From assembly GCA_030770535.1 (NCBI GenBank), contig JASVEC010000016.1:372001-436000 (forward strand): DNA of 64,000 nt, in the 5' to 3' direction. The stretch's first letter is position 1, and every line of letters begins with the position of its first letter. Of the stretch, positions 61,755 through 64,000 are shown in pieces. The translations under genes and the position numbers were made by a program. The notes beneath the pieces were generated by a model, which was not told where the DNA came from, did not search any database, and saw only the letters and a list, made by a program, of their open reading frames with translations. This DNA comes from Batkoa obscura (lineage: Eukaryota).

Positions 61755-63172
61755 ATATTTTATTTATAAAAAATTCATAATACTTTTAAAGTATATAATT
61801 AATATAAATGGTAAATTTTCAATATCATAGTAAGTGGATATATCAAAATAACTAAATAGTTTTATGACCATAAAAAACAGTAATTTGTTCTATTTAAGGA
61901 TAGTTAATAACTATTAAAGCTAGCATCACAAAGCACTTATATTAAACTAACTTATTAAGTATTAAACAATAGACAATATAAAACCCCTTTTTAAAAATTA
62001 GAGGCTAAAAGCTTATTTAAATAAACATGCATTTAATATAACAAAGTAATGACACTGGTAACATAGAGTTTTAAAAACCGTTCCTAGGAGGTATTTCTTA
62101 TCTAGAAGCATCTCCTTAAATATATGTTTTATTAAATAACGCTATTTAATAAGACATATATTTAATGTTTCAAGTTATTGTCATTTTTAAAGGATCCAAT
62201 ATATTATAATCTTTTTATTATTCATTTTTTTAGTCATTTTGATCTATCAATATTTTAAGATAAAGACATAGTCGTATTAATGCCATATCAAAATAGATTA
62301 TGTAAACATTGGAACGTTTTTAATAACTATAACATGTACTTAAGGATAGAACACTATTTAATAAATTTAGTCATTGATTAGACAATAATAATGATATATA
62401 GATAAAAAAGAAGATAGAGAATCTTCTTAATTAAAGAGTTCATATAATTGGATAAAATAAGATGAAATTTTATCAACTTTTTAAAACAAAAATCCCTCAC
62501 TTTTTTTTCTTACTTTTTAGTCGAAGTTACAATTACGCTGTAATTTTGTTAATTGAATTGCTTTATTAAGCAAAAATAATTAATTTAAATAAAAAAGGTC
62601 ATAGCAACATCAATACGAATAAAAGTATTATAAAAATTCATTAAACAGCAATCAAATATAGCTAAACTAGGTTAAGGGTATGAGATGTTTATTAATAAGT
62701 GCAACTGATACTACTCTATTTATAAATTTGAGTTATTTTTAATATATTTTTAATTTTAAGTTAAATTTCGATTTTTTAAATTTTTACAGACTTAAATTGT
62801 TTTTACCCCAGTTTGACTACAGTGATTTGATAAGGGTTTAATAAAAAGAAAGGTAGAATTAACGGATAAAAAAGTAGTGAAATCAAAATCAACCAATTAA
62901 ATGTACTCTTTTCATGCAATTTATTAACCTAATTTATCTTTTAATGTTCTAAAAAAGCTATATGAAGTAATGATAGGAAATGGATTAGTACCCAGAATAA
63001 ATGAAGGTTAATAGAATAAGAATAAAAGATATAAATAAGCATAGAATTTCAGTTACTTTTGTCATATTTTCTTTGTTTATACGAGATAATAACAGTATAT
63101 ATAAATAATAATTTACAAAGCTAGTCTTTTATTTTTTTATTAATTCCATAATTCAAATCAATTGTATCTAAT

Positions 63173-64000
63173 ATGAAACTAAATACATCAACTATTTTAT
63201 TAAGCTCAACTTTACTTTCTTCAGTATTATCCCATTCATGGATGGATTGTATTGGGGATGGAAATCAAAAGTATACTGGGCCAAATCAATATTTCAGTGA
63301 TGATTTCCATAAGTTTTGTATAGGTTTTGGACGTGGTTATCCAGGTAGAATGAATAGATGGATCAATGATATATATACTGTATTAGTTGAAAACCGAGGT
63401 GGAGCTAATCCAGCTGATTATAATGTTTGTAAAAAAACCCAAGTCTCTCAAAATTATACTAGTGAATTCCCAATGACTAAGACAAAGCCAGGTGCTAAAC
63501 TTAAGATTTGGTATGAATTAGATAATCATTATACCAAAAATCCAACTTATGTATATCTTTGGGGTTATGGCCAACCTGGTAAAGACATTAGTAAATACTC
63601 AGAACAAGTCGAAAGTAACTTAATTATGAAGCATGTATTTGCTTTACCTGATAATCAGAATTGTATGGACATTCATAATGCTAATTCCCTTTGTTGGTTC
63701 TATTGGACTGTTCCAGAAACTTATACAAATGGCATTTACTCCTTTATTTGGAACTGGAGATGGGATCAAAACCCAACTGGTGAAGAATATAATACTTGTT
63801 TTGATATTGAAATTCAAGGTGGTGATGATAAGAAGCCTGAACAAAGCACTTCCACTTATTCAACTAGTTCTGTAAATGTCCCAACTTCAGCTTCTTCAAC
63901 TTCTGAACAAACATCAGCTTCTTCAACTTCTGAACAAACATCAGTTTATTCAACTTCTGAGGAAACTCAAGTTACTACCCCAACCCCAGTTTATGAAATC
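63173..64000 (+). CDS. Putative histidine-brace LPMO-like copper protein with a Ser/Thr linker, 3' end outside the window
   Basis: Uninterrupted 276 codons from ATG at 63173: MKLNTSTILLSSTLLSSVLS-HSWMDC..RGYPG..DNH..YSFIWNWRW..GEEYNTCFDI, then SSTSEQTS repeats. Absent from the ORF track, presumably because it lacks a stop in the window. Confidence 0.8.
   Translation, partial: MKLNTSTILLSSTLLSSVLSHSWMDCIGDGNQKYTGPNQYFSDDFHKFCIGFGRGYPGRMNRWINDIYTVLVENRGGANPADYNVCKKTQVSQNYTSEFPMTKTKPGAKLKIWYELDNHYTKNPTYVYLWGYGQPGKDISKYSEQVESNLIMKHVFALPDNQNCMDIHNANSLCWFYWTVPETYTNGIYSFIWNWRWDQNPTGEEYNTCFDIEIQGGDDKKPEQSTSTYSTSSVNVPTSASSTSEQTSASSTSEQTSVYSTSEETQVTTPTPVYEI

Overview
AT-rich eukaryotic (fungal) genomic DNA with very short GT-AG introns of about 40-60 bp. 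The tiny introns, animal-like 7TM receptors and secreted lipase expansion suggest an early-diverging fungus such as the Conidiobolus group; this is an inference. The window holds three PH-domain paralogs, four secreted class 3 lipases (two homogenised over their catalytic domain), an intron-rich housekeeping block (Ntr2-like, Med27, Utp4), a rhodopsin-like GPCR and a GPCR pseudogene, a CBM18-GH16 Crh-type transglycosylase, a GNAT and TOP1. It also holds three Tyr-rich secreted proteins interleaved with two cytochrome b561 paralogs (one with both ligands of one haem changed His to Tyr), a small Cys-pair secreted peptide, and two paralogous orphan secreted proteins. At the right edge is an unlisted ORF encoding a histidine-brace LPMO-like protein. 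About 32 copies of a roughly 97-bp hairpin MITE with GGG..CCC termini and 4-bp target-site duplications are scattered through the intergenic DNA. All alignments and counts were done by eye.
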